Notes: generated from the letters alone by a model not told the origin. 64,000 bases of DNA from Pseudomonadota bacterium (GCA_030148545.1 JASBTF010000001.1:262833-326832), one strand, 5' to 3'. Shown: positions 8,238-16,282, counted from the stretch's first letter. Made by a program: numbers and translations.

Positions 8238-10526
8238 TTAGTTTTCCTTTAACTCATATTGATTCACCACGTTATCGCCGCCACCGCCGCCGCCGCTACT
8301 ACCGCCACCTCCAGATGAGGCACCATTACCGTTGTTAGAGGTACTACCATCACAGCTGTTGTGCGGTGCGCAGTAACAACCTTTTAGCATGTCGGTGCCA
8401 TCGTTATCGTTCTTTTGGCCGCTAGCATAGCAGTAGAAGTTACCGTGTTTGGTTGTTGTTGCAGTAGGCTTACCACTGTAGCTGGAGTAACGTGTTTCGG
8501 TTGATTCACAGCGGCGATTGTCATTAGTACGTGCTGCCGTCATACCTCGGCCTGAGCAAACTGAATTACAGTCACTGCTATGTCCACTACCAATAAACTC
8601 AGTATAACAAGCGGCAACGGCACAGCTTTCATTTTCGTAGCTGCCGCTGAGTGAGCCATTATTACAAGTGCGTGACTGGCTGGCACAGCTGTCGCCTGGT
8701 TCTACTTCGCTACTTTGGTAAGCTGTTACGCTTTGTCCATGCGCAACGGTTTGCCCATTAAAGGTACAGCTAGCAGCAGCATCTACAGAACAGTTACTAT
8801 GGCTATAGCTACCGCTGAGTGAGCCGTTATTACAAGTACGTGTTTGGCCAGAACAGCTGCTACCGTGTGGCACAGAGCTGCTTTGGTAAGCTGTTACGCT
8901 TTGCCCATGTGCAATGGTTTGTCCGTTAAAGGTACAACCTTGGTAAACGGGTGTTGTATCACCACATGGGTCTGTCCATGTTTGGGCACTACCGCAAATT
9001 TCATGAGAAACTTGCTTTACACTACCGCTACAGCAGTAGCTTATGCTACTCGTCATTTCACCATTACTACACATTTCATTATTCTGGCTGCCGGTAATGG
9101 AGTCACCATGGCTATACCATGTTCCTCCTACGTTACAGCTACTAGCTGGAGGGCTTTGTGCAGTACAATCGAGATGTGGGTAACTACCACTAAGTGCGCC
9201 GTCATCACAAGTGCGTGATTGGCGGTAATTATCGCAACTATCTCCAAAGGGAACACTTGTTACGCTATATGCATCTCGCGATGCGCCATGTGACACAGTT
9301 TGTCCATCAAGTGTACAGTCACGTTTTGGTGAAGCTGTTTCTACGTCAGTACACACAATATTGTTACCATAACGGCCACCAGTAGCTGCCATACAGGTAC
9401 AGCTTGAGTGTGGAAAGTAATGTAGTTCGCTAGCTATAGAGCTGGTACCAACAGTAGTACCAACATCTGGACAAGCTGGTGGATCTTGTTCAGTACAATT
9501 AAGATGTGGGAAGCTACCTGTTAAATCACCATCAAAACAGGTGCGTAACTGGCGATAAGTTTCACAGCTATCGCCAAAGGGGGTGCTATTGTGTGCATAG
9601 GCATCACGTGAGTCACCGTGGTTAATAATTTCGCCGCCAAGGGAGCAGTTACGTGCCGGATCGGTAGTACAGTTGGTATGGTTGTAGGTTAGTGTGGGCT
9701 CAAAAACACCATTATTACAGGTTGCGGTTTGGCTATTACCGGCATCATCACAAGATTGACCAAATGGCACGTTCTCAGAAATAAATCGTGTGGCTGAGCT
9801 ATCATGGCTAAAGGCTTGGCCGTCGGGTGTGGTACAGTTTACGCAACCGCTGGTATCGTTGCAGGTAGTGGTATCGGTACAAGAGCTGCCACAAAATGTA
9901 TTACAGTCGCTACCTGTTTGGCTTTGGTAATTTACACCGTTAGTAGTGAGTTCACAAACGCGGTTACGGGTTTGCGTGCCGTCACCACAGGAGTTACTAC
10001 AGCTGCCATAACTACTCCAAGGTCCACGGCGTGCTGTTTGCGTACATTCACCGCCACAGGCGCCACAGGTTGGGTCAACCCATGCTGGGTTTGTATTAAA
10101 TTCACAAGTACGGGTACGGGTGCGGGTTTGTGTGCCGCTTGAACTGCCGCTCCAGTTGCTCCAGCTGCCCCAGCTACCATAAACAAAACCGCTACAAGGT
10201 AAGGCGTGTAGGTTGGGGTCGTTATTAACACCAGTGCTAAGGAAACCTTGGGTACCACGCCATTCGCGTGAGGAGTTAAGTGGTACGAAGAGTTCGCGGT
10301 TGGTCTCGTTAACTAGAACGCGACACTCGCTATGGAAATTGATTTGCATTGGGTCGTTACGGCGAGATTTAAAGCCAACTGTTTTCCCATTTTGGTGAAC
10401 AGTTTCGCCACCGTTACCGCTGCTTGTTGAGCCATTGTCATCGGCATAGGTAGAGTTGCTAAGCATTAAAGCAGCTACAAAAGCTGTAAGAGTAAAAAAT
10501 TTACTAATGGTTTTTGTAAACTGCAT
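8238..10526 (-). CDS. Secreted cysteine-rich repeat protein with thrombospondin type-1-like repeat(s)
   Basis: 762 aa; signal peptide MQFTKTISKFFTLTAFVAALMLSNSTYA; WGSWSNWSG...TRTRTRTC and GPWSSYGSCSNSCGDGTQTRNRVC (TSR consensus); 5-6 four-Cys modules; Gly-rich C-terminus. Confidence 0.85.
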   Translation of the reverse strand: MQFTKTISKFFTLTAFVAALMLSNSTYADDNGSTSSGNGGETVHQNGKTVGFKSRRNDPMQINFHSECRVLVNETNRELFVPLNSSREWRGTQGFLSTGVNNDPNLHALPCSGFVYGSWGSWSNWSGSSSGTQTRTRTRTCEFNTNPAWVDPTCGACGGECTQTARRGPWSSYGSCSNSCGDGTQTRNRVCELTTNGVNYQSQTGSDCNTFCGSSCTDTTTCNDTSGCVNCTTPDGQAFSHDSSATRFISENVPFGQSCDDAGNSQTATCNNGVFEPTLTYNHTNCTTDPARNCSLGGEIINHGDSRDAYAHNSTPFGDSCETYRQLRTCFDGDLTGSFPHLNCTEQDPPACPDVGTTVGTSSIASELHYFPHSSCTCMAATGGRYGNNIVCTDVETASPKRDCTLDGQTVSHGASRDAYSVTSVPFGDSCDNYRQSRTCDDGALSGSYPHLDCTAQSPPASSCNVGGTWYSHGDSITGSQNNEMCSNGEMTSSISYCCSGSVKQVSHEICGSAQTWTDPCGDTTPVYQGCTFNGQTIAHGQSVTAYQSSSVPHGSSCSGQTRTCNNGSLSGSYSHSNCSVDAAASCTFNGQTVAHGQSVTAYQSSEVEPGDSCASQSRTCNNGSLSGSYENESCAVAACYTEFIGSGHSSDCNSVCSGRGMTAARTNDNRRCESTETRYSSYSGKPTATTTKHGNFYCYASGQKNDNDGTDMLKGCYCAPHNSCDGSTSNNGNGASSGGGGSSGGGGGGDNVVNQYELKEN
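8622..8936 (-). repeat. Two near-identical tandem coding repeats (modules 5 and 6 of the Cys-rich protein)
   Basis: CTFNGQT(I/V)AHGQSVTAYQSS.V..G.SC..Q.RTCNNGSLSGSY encoded twice; DNA copies visibly alignable. Confidence 0.8.
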
Positions 10527-10548
10527 GGTTGATCCCCTGTTTAGAGTT

Positions 10549-10572
10549 GTGCTCCCACAGTTGTGGGAGCAC
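10549..10572. other. Perfect 10-bp intercistronic hairpin
   Basis: gtgctcccac-agtt-gtgggagcac between the S74-protein stop and the Cys-rich protein start; no U-tract on the transcribed strand. Confidence 0.6.
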
Positions 10573-10578
10573 GGAAGA

Positions 10579-11292
10579 TTATTTGTCTTTCTCTAGTTCT
10601 TCTACGCGAGCGCTAAGCTCTTTCACTGCTTCGATGAGGGGAACAACGAGGCGAGCGTAGTCTACTGTTTTAAAGCCGTTTTCCTTGGTAACTACTAACT
10701 CTGGTAGTACCAATTCAAGTTCTTGAGCAATCACACCAATCTCTTTACGGCCGTCTTCTTTCATGGTGTAGCGTGTACCGCGAATTTTCTTAATTTTAGC
10801 CAGTGCATCTTCTAGCTCTACAACATCGTCTTTCAGGCGACGGTCAGAGTTATATAGGTACATATCAGCATATACATTACCATCGATATTAGCGTCACCA
10901 CCGTTAACCACGTTGAGGTCGTCGGTGTCTACACGAGCAATATCAGCAATGTTGGCGACATTTAGTGTTACGGCATCTAGTACACCGGTTACGTCTACAT
11001 CGCTTACGGAGTCTACGCTGTCATCAGCACTGTTAAAAACAAACAGGTCGGCACAGCCAAGCGCGCCACCGTTATCTACCAAGAACTGGCGGTTAGCACC
11101 ACACTGCAGCATGTTGGTAATAAAGTCGTCAATAATACCTTGTAGGTTGGTAATTTGCCCATCAAGTTGAGTTTGCAAGCGCTGTTGTTCGCGGTTCATT
11201 ACGCCACCAGCGGTAACTTGCTGTGCTGTTGCAGCACTGCTAAAAACCAATGTCCCTACAATGGCTAATAGGCCAAGTTGTGTAAATTTCAT
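10579..11292 (-). CDS. Sec-exported protein with C-terminal intramolecular chaperone auto-processing (peptidase S74) domain
   Basis: Signal peptide MKFTQLGLLAIVGTLVFSSAATA; C-terminus SDRRLKDDV...IRGTRYTMKEDGRKEIGVIAQELELVLPELV...YARLVVPLIEAVKEL is the classical tailspike or endosialidase chaperone motif. Confidence 0.8.
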   Translation of the reverse strand: MKFTQLGLLAIVGTLVFSSAATAQQVTAGGVMNREQQRLQTQLDGQITNLQGIIDDFITNMLQCGANRQFLVDNGGALGCADLFVFNSADDSVDSVSDVDVTGVLDAVTLNVANIADIARVDTDDLNVVNGGDANIDGNVYADMYLYNSDRRLKDDVVELEDALAKIKKIRGTRYTMKEDGRKEIGVIAQELELVLPELVVTKENGFKTVDYARLVVPLIEAVKELSARVEELEKDK

Positions 11293-11338
11293 GATTATTC
11301 CCCTCTTTGTACGTACTTATTGGTAAATTCAAAAATAA

Positions 11339-11833
11339 TTACTGACATGCTGACATGCTACGAAGGTATTGCCAAGCTTCCAGCAGGCCGCGAGTTTCTA
11401 AAAATGCCTGTTTTTCGGGCATTTGCAGGTCTGTACGGTAGATGAAGAACAGGTACGCACCGTGGTGTTGCATGGCGTTAGTTGTTGTCGCATTAACAGG
11501 TAGTTGCATATTAAAGTTGTTCATGACGCCTTCTGTGTAAAGAGGCAGTGTGGGTAGTGTGTTTAAGCTAAGTCTTGGTGGGTAGGGGAGTTGTTCTGTG
11601 GTGCGAAAACGCAGCAGCAAATTGCCATTTTCTATTTTGCCATCAGTATGTGCGGTAAAATCGTAGGTATGTGCTTCTAGCTGGCAGTTTATAACAAGCC
11701 AAGGACCAAAGGTGGGGTGGTTTTGCGGTGGTTGCCATTCTGGCAAGCGCGTTACTGCGGGGTCGGTTATGGTATAGCAAGCGCTGAGTAGGCTTGCAGA
11801 TAAGGTCAGATAAAGTGTACGCAAAAGCTTCAT
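11339..11833 (-). CDS. Putative lipoprotein, unknown function
   Basis: 164 aa; lipobox-like LLSAC after a hydrophobic N-terminus; first gene of the minus-strand operon. Confidence 0.6.
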   Translation of the reverse strand: MKLLRTLYLTLSASLLSACYTITDPAVTRLPEWQPPQNHPTFGPWLVINCQLEAHTYDFTAHTDGKIENGNLLLRFRTTEQLPYPPRLSLNTLPTLPLYTEGVMNNFNMQLPVNATTTNAMQHHGAYLFFIYRTDLQMPEKQAFLETRGLLEAWQYLRSMSACQ

Positions 11834-11995
11834 GAAGGTATTTCAGCGGAAAATGCTTTGTATTACAAGTAGTTCATTGTTTATAGCGGCAGATAAGGCA
11901 CATATATATGCTAAAATAGCTGTAAATACAGCACGCTAAACTTGCCCCTTAAGGTTTTTTCTTATCATGATGCGGTACCTAACCGTTAGCGCAAA

Positions 11996-12101
11996 CCTGT
12001 TGATTGATTGCCCATAATAAAAATAACAACAGGACAATTATCCACATGTAAGTGGACTGTGACCAGAAACATCCCATCCGAGCCCTTAGGGGCTCGTTTT
12101 T
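11996..12101 (+). ncRNA. Candidate small RNA (three hairpins, the last an intrinsic terminator)
   Basis: cctgttg/caacagg (11996-12033), tccac/gtgga (12041-12056), cgagccc-ttag-gggctcg plus ttttt (12079-12101); no credible ORF. Confidence 0.3.
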
Positions 12102-12195
12102 GCCAGAACACCCAACTAAAGCCTGATCGCAAAATTGATTTTATTTGAATGTTCTGGTGTACTGCGGTTAAGTTCGCATTAAAGAAAGGGGTGTT

Positions 12196-12465
12196 ATGTC
12201 GCCGGAACAAGTACTCGATATGGCTAAGTTGTCTATTACAACATTGCTAACAATTGCCGCCCCGCTCATGTTGGTGGCGTTGGTTGTTGGTTTGCTGATT
12301 GCGTTGTTTCAGGCTTTGACCTCTATTCAGGAAATGACGCTTACCTTTGTGCCAAAAATTCTACTGGTTTTTATAGCGCTAGCGTTCATGATGCCGTTTA
12401 TGGCCGCGCAGTTAAACGATTTATTTAGCGAAATTACCTATCAAATTATGGCCAGCGGTGCGTAA
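12196..12465 (+). CDS. fliQ: Flagellar or type III export apparatus protein FliQ
   Basis: 89 aa; ...AAPLMLVALVVGLLIALFQALTSIQEMTLTFVPKILLVFIAL... matches the FliQ/SctS consensus closely. Confidence 0.85.
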   Translation: MSPEQVLDMAKLSITTLLTIAAPLMLVALVVGLLIALFQALTSIQEMTLTFVPKILLVFIALAFMMPFMAAQLNDLFSEITYQIMASGA

Positions 12466-12554
12466 ATTCTGCGTAAACGTTGCATATGGCTGCCTAATTT
12501 GCTTAACTAGTCCTACTAATTAATTAATTTGCAAGAGAAAGAATAGAAAAGACC

Positions 12555-15212
12555 ATGCTGACTGGTGCTGATATCCGCGAAAAGTTTCTGAAATTTTTTG
12601 AGAGCAAGCAACATACTATTGTGCCAAGTGCGAGCTTGATCCCAAGTAACGACCCTACGTTGATGTTTACTGTTGCTGGTATGGTGCCGTTTAAAAACGT
12701 ATTTATTGGGCTGGAAGAACGTGATTATAAACGCGCAACCAGTAGCCAGCGCTGCGTGCGTGCAGGTGGTAAGCATAACGACTTAGAAAATGTTGGTCAT
12801 ACCGCTCGCCACCATACATTCTTTGAAATGTTGGGTAACTTCTCCTTCGGTGATTACTTTAAGGAAGAAGCCATTACCTGGGCGTGGGAGTTTGTAACAG
12901 AGCACCTAAAGCTAGATAAAAGCCGCCTGTTGGTAACCATTTATCACGATGATGATGAAGCATTTGAGATTTGGCACAACAAAGCCGGTGTTCCTGCCGA
13001 TAAGATCATCCGTATCGATACCGATGATAACTTTTGGTCCATGGGGCCAACTGGTCCATGTGGCCCGTGTAGTGAGATTTTTTACGACCAAGGCGAAGAT
13101 ATTTTTGGTGGCCCTCCAGGTAGTGCCGATGAAGATGGCGACCGCTTTTTAGAAATTTGGAACCTGGTGTTCATGCAGTTTGACCGCCAAGAGGACGGCA
13201 GTATGGAGCCATTGGCCGCGCCGGGGATTGATACAGGCGCCGGGCTAGAGCGTTTGGCAAGTGTGTGCCAAGGCAAGGTAAATAACTACGATACGGATTT
13301 GTTCCAAAGCATTATTCAGGCGACCGCTAAACTGAGTGGCCACACCTATGGTGCAGATGGCGTGCACGACGCCTCATTGCGTGTGATTGCCGACCACCTG
13401 CGTAGTGGTGTGTTTATGCTGCTAGATGGTGTGCTACCAAGCAATGAAGGGCGTGGCTACGTGATGCGCCGTATTTTGCGTCGCGCCATGCGCCATGCAC
13501 ATATGCTGGGTGTAAATGAGCCGCTGATTTACAAACTGGTGCCAACCTTGGTGGAAAACATGGGTGAGGCTTACCCAGAGCTACGCCGCGGTGCCACCAT
13601 GGTGCAGGACGTTATTAAGCTAGAAGAAGAGCGCTTTAGTAAAACCCTGTCTCAAGGTTTGAAAGTGTTGGAAGAAGAATTGACCAAGCTAAATGCTGGT
13701 GATGCGTTGCCAGGTGCGGCGGCGTTTAAGCTGTACGATACTTATGGTTTCCCACTAGATTTAACGGCGGATGTATTGAAACCTCGCGGTATAGAGGTGG
13801 ATGAAGAAGGGTTTAAAGTGGCTCTACAAGAGCAAAAAGCACGTGCCCGTGCGGCGCATAAAGGCAGCGGTAGTGCAGCGCTTTCCCCCGTGTTGTTCGA
13901 TGTTCAGGAACAATGCGGCAATACCGAGTTCCAAGGTTACTACCAAACTCAGGCCGATGGCGTGGTGCAAGCATTGGTGCAGGACGACACCCAGCAAGAT
14001 GCGCTACAAGCTGGCGCCAAAGCTATTGTAGTGACCAACCAAACACCGTTTTATGCGGAGTCGGGTGGTCAGGTTGGTGATAGTGGTGAACTGCTATGGA
14101 CAGATGGTAAGGCTACGGTGACCGATACTCAAAAAGTGCTCGATGGCCTGTGGCTACATCATGTAGAAATTACTGAAGGTACGCTCAGCAAAGGCGAAAA
14201 CGTGACCATGGTGGTGGATGCGGCGCGTCGCCAGCGTATTGTTAATAATCACTCTGCCACACACTTGTTGCACCGTGCCCTTAAGGATGTTCTGGGCGAG
14301 CATGTGGTACAGCGTGGGTCACTGGTGAATGAGCACAAAACCCGTTTTGACTTTAGCCACACAAAGGGCATGAGCGCTGCCGAAGTGCAAGCGGTGGAAG
14401 ACCATGTAAACCGTGCCATTATGTTGGCAGCACCAGTAAACGCTAAAGTAATGCCGAAGGATGATGCCATTAATGCCGGGGCTGAGGCACTGTTTGGTGA
14501 GAAATATGCCGATGAAGTGCGTGTGTTGAGCATGGGTGAGAATGATGAATCGCTTTCTGTAGAACTGTGTGGTGGTACCCACGTGAGTAACACAGGGCAA
14601 ATTGGCTTGTTTAAAGTAACAAGCGAGAGTGCGGTAAGCGCTGGTGTACGCCGTATTGAAGCAACCACAGGTGCGGGTATTGTAGCGGATTGGCGTGAGA
14701 ATGATGCGCGTATGGCAGATTTGGCAAATACGCTAAAAACGCAGCCTGCTAACTTGGCAGAGCGTGTAACCCAATTACAAAAACAAGTAAAACAGCTGGA
14801 GCAAAACCTGAAAGAAGCCAAAAAAGGCGGTGCAGGTGGTGGTGTGAATGCTGCAAGTTTAGCTAGCCAGGCCGAGCAAGTGGCTGGTGTGGCTGTTGTA
14901 GCGGCACAAGTGCCGCTGAGCGACCCAGAGCTGATGCGTGAATTGGTGGATGAAACCCGCGACCAGCTGCAAAGTGGCGTGGTAGTGCTGGCAGCAGAGG
15001 AAGATGGTAAATCTCGTTTTGTGGTTGGTGTCACGAAGGATTTAACAAGCTCTGTAAAAGCAGGTGCTGTGGTGCAGGCGGCAGCCGTTGCTGTGGGTGG
15101 CCGCGGTGGTGGCCGGCCAGACTTTGCGCAAGCGGGTGGCCCAGCGGGAAACCTATCAGAAGCATTGGATGCAGGTAAAAGCTTTATACGTGCTTTGGAG
15201 ATAGCGTCCTGA
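12555..15212 (+). CDS. alaS: Alanine--tRNA ligase
   Basis: 885 aa; FF..K.H..V.S.SL.P..DPTL.F..AGM; HHTFFEMLGNFSFGDYFK; editing-domain HSATHLLH; C-terminal DHHA1. Confidence 0.97.
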   Translation: MLTGADIREKFLKFFESKQHTIVPSASLIPSNDPTLMFTVAGMVPFKNVFIGLEERDYKRATSSQRCVRAGGKHNDLENVGHTARHHTFFEMLGNFSFGDYFKEEAITWAWEFVTEHLKLDKSRLLVTIYHDDDEAFEIWHNKAGVPADKIIRIDTDDNFWSMGPTGPCGPCSEIFYDQGEDIFGGPPGSADEDGDRFLEIWNLVFMQFDRQEDGSMEPLAAPGIDTGAGLERLASVCQGKVNNYDTDLFQSIIQATAKLSGHTYGADGVHDASLRVIADHLRSGVFMLLDGVLPSNEGRGYVMRRILRRAMRHAHMLGVNEPLIYKLVPTLVENMGEAYPELRRGATMVQDVIKLEEERFSKTLSQGLKVLEEELTKLNAGDALPGAAAFKLYDTYGFPLDLTADVLKPRGIEVDEEGFKVALQEQKARARAAHKGSGSAALSPVLFDVQEQCGNTEFQGYYQTQADGVVQALVQDDTQQDALQAGAKAIVVTNQTPFYAESGGQVGDSGELLWTDGKATVTDTQKVLDGLWLHHVEITEGTLSKGENVTMVVDAARRQRIVNNHSATHLLHRALKDVLGEHVVQRGSLVNEHKTRFDFSHTKGMSAAEVQAVEDHVNRAIMLAAPVNAKVMPKDDAINAGAEALFGEKYADEVRVLSMGENDESLSVELCGGTHVSNTGQIGLFKVTSESAVSAGVRRIEATTGAGIVADWRENDARMADLANTLKTQPANLAERVTQLQKQVKQLEQNLKEAKKGGAGGGVNAASLASQAEQVAGVAVVAAQVPLSDPELMRELVDETRDQLQSGVVVLAAEEDGKSRFVVGVTKDLTSSVKAGAVVQAAAVAVGGRGGGRPDFAQAGGPAGNLSEALDAGKSFIRALEIAS

Positions 15213-16282
15213 TGAGATTACTGGGTGCACTTTTACTCACTATGGTATTGGCTGGGTGCCAAACCACGGGTAACGTGCCCTCTGTAACCGACTCAAATTC
15301 TACATTTGTTGAGGATATTATTCCTTTTACCACCATGTTGGATGAGCAAAAGTCATTGCTCACACAGGTACCGTGCCACCATGTGCATGGCCCAGCCGAT
15401 TCTATGGCCGTACAGAAATATGGCTTTGGTTGCCAAGCTGGTACGTTTGTAACAGTACAAATTTTAATGGATGAATCTCCGCACGCAGCAGGGTATGTGG
15501 AGCGTGTACGTTTGCTGTGGCGTGAGTGGGATGAAGGCAAGCACCCAGCAGCTGTAGAAAACAAGCTGATCACACCATATTTGAACTACGTAGTAGATAA
15601 CTTTGTACCAGCAGAGTTGCACCAGAATGTACGTTATAACTTTGCCCGACGCGCTCGTAAGTCGTGGTTGGCGCCAGATGTACGCATTGATTATCGTGTA
15701 ACTGAGCAGCCGTACATGATGCTGCACCGTTTGGAAATTGCCGGCCGTGGTGGCGAAATCCCTGTGGAGCCAGCGCCAGAGGTTGTGAATTGGCGCGGCG
15801 AGCGCGCTGCACCAACGCACCAAGCCCCACGTGTTAAATGGCAAGGCGAGCGTGTAGCTCCTGTGCAAAAACCTAGGCCAACGCCTAAGGTTCAGCCAAA
15901 GTCTGCACCTAAGCTTGTGGTTAAACCAAAGCCTAAACCAGTTGTAAAAACGCCGGTAGCGCCAAAACCTAAGCCACAGCCTAAGCAAAAAATTGAGAGT
16001 GAAATCCGTCTCCTGCCACCTGTGGAAGAACCAGAGGTTAAGGTAACACCAGCACCTAAACCTATGCCTCAGCCAAAACCACAGCTGGTTACACCACAGC
16101 ACCCCTATGCAGATGAAGTTTATGTGCCAGTAGCACCACAAAAAGCACAAAAACTGCCAAAACCTTTGGAAACAAAGCATCTGTCCCCAGAAGAAGCGCG
16201 TCACCTGCGCCGCTTGCAAATGCTGGGCGTGGATCTTAAGCAAATTCCGTCTGATGACAAATACTTCGGTGATGAACTTTAA
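15212..16282 (+). CDS. Lipoprotein with Pro/Lys-rich (PKP) spacer
   Basis: Lipobox LAGC; ATG overlaps the alaS stop (TGATG); central KPKPKPVVKTPVAPKPKPQPKQ low-complexity tract; ends ...YFGDEL. Confidence 0.7.
   Translation: MRLLGALLLTMVLAGCQTTGNVPSVTDSNSTFVEDIIPFTTMLDEQKSLLTQVPCHHVHGPADSMAVQKYGFGCQAGTFVTVQILMDESPHAAGYVERVRLLWREWDEGKHPAAVENKLITPYLNYVVDNFVPAELHQNVRYNFARRARKSWLAPDVRIDYRVTEQPYMMLHRLEIAGRGGEIPVEPAPEVVNWRGERAAPTHQAPRVKWQGERVAPVQKPRPTPKVQPKSAPKLVVKPKPKPVVKTPVAPKPKPQPKQKIESEIRLLPPVEEPEVKVTPAPKPMPQPKPQLVTPQHPYADEVYVPVAPQKAQKLPKPLETKHLSPEEARHLRRLQMLGVDLKQIPSDDKYFGDEL

Noticed and set aside
12038-12046. Perfect DnaA-box strings TTATCCACA here and at 25589-25597, raising the possibility of oriC
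   Set aside because: These are two isolated boxes 13 kb apart. There is no cluster, no AT-rich unwinding element beside them, and no dnaA, dnaN, hemE or parAB context. Each is part of a local hairpin, so this is not an origin.
11986-12210. 74-aa minus-strand ORF upstream of fliQ
   Set aside because: It is antisense to three stable hairpins including a terminator, has no RBS, and its 5' end overlaps the fliQ start.
14249-15034. 261-aa minus-strand ORF inside alaS
   Set aside because: It is antisense to the well-supported AlaRS editing and C-terminal region. The Ser/Thr/Ala/Pro-rich translation is typical of a shadow ORF.
15870-16110. Short periodic DNA repeats, considered as a possible CRISPR or tandem array
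   Set aside because: The periodicity is 6-9 nt and lies inside a coding Pro/Lys-rich tract. There is no repeat-spacer architecture. No CRISPR array was seen anywhere in the window.
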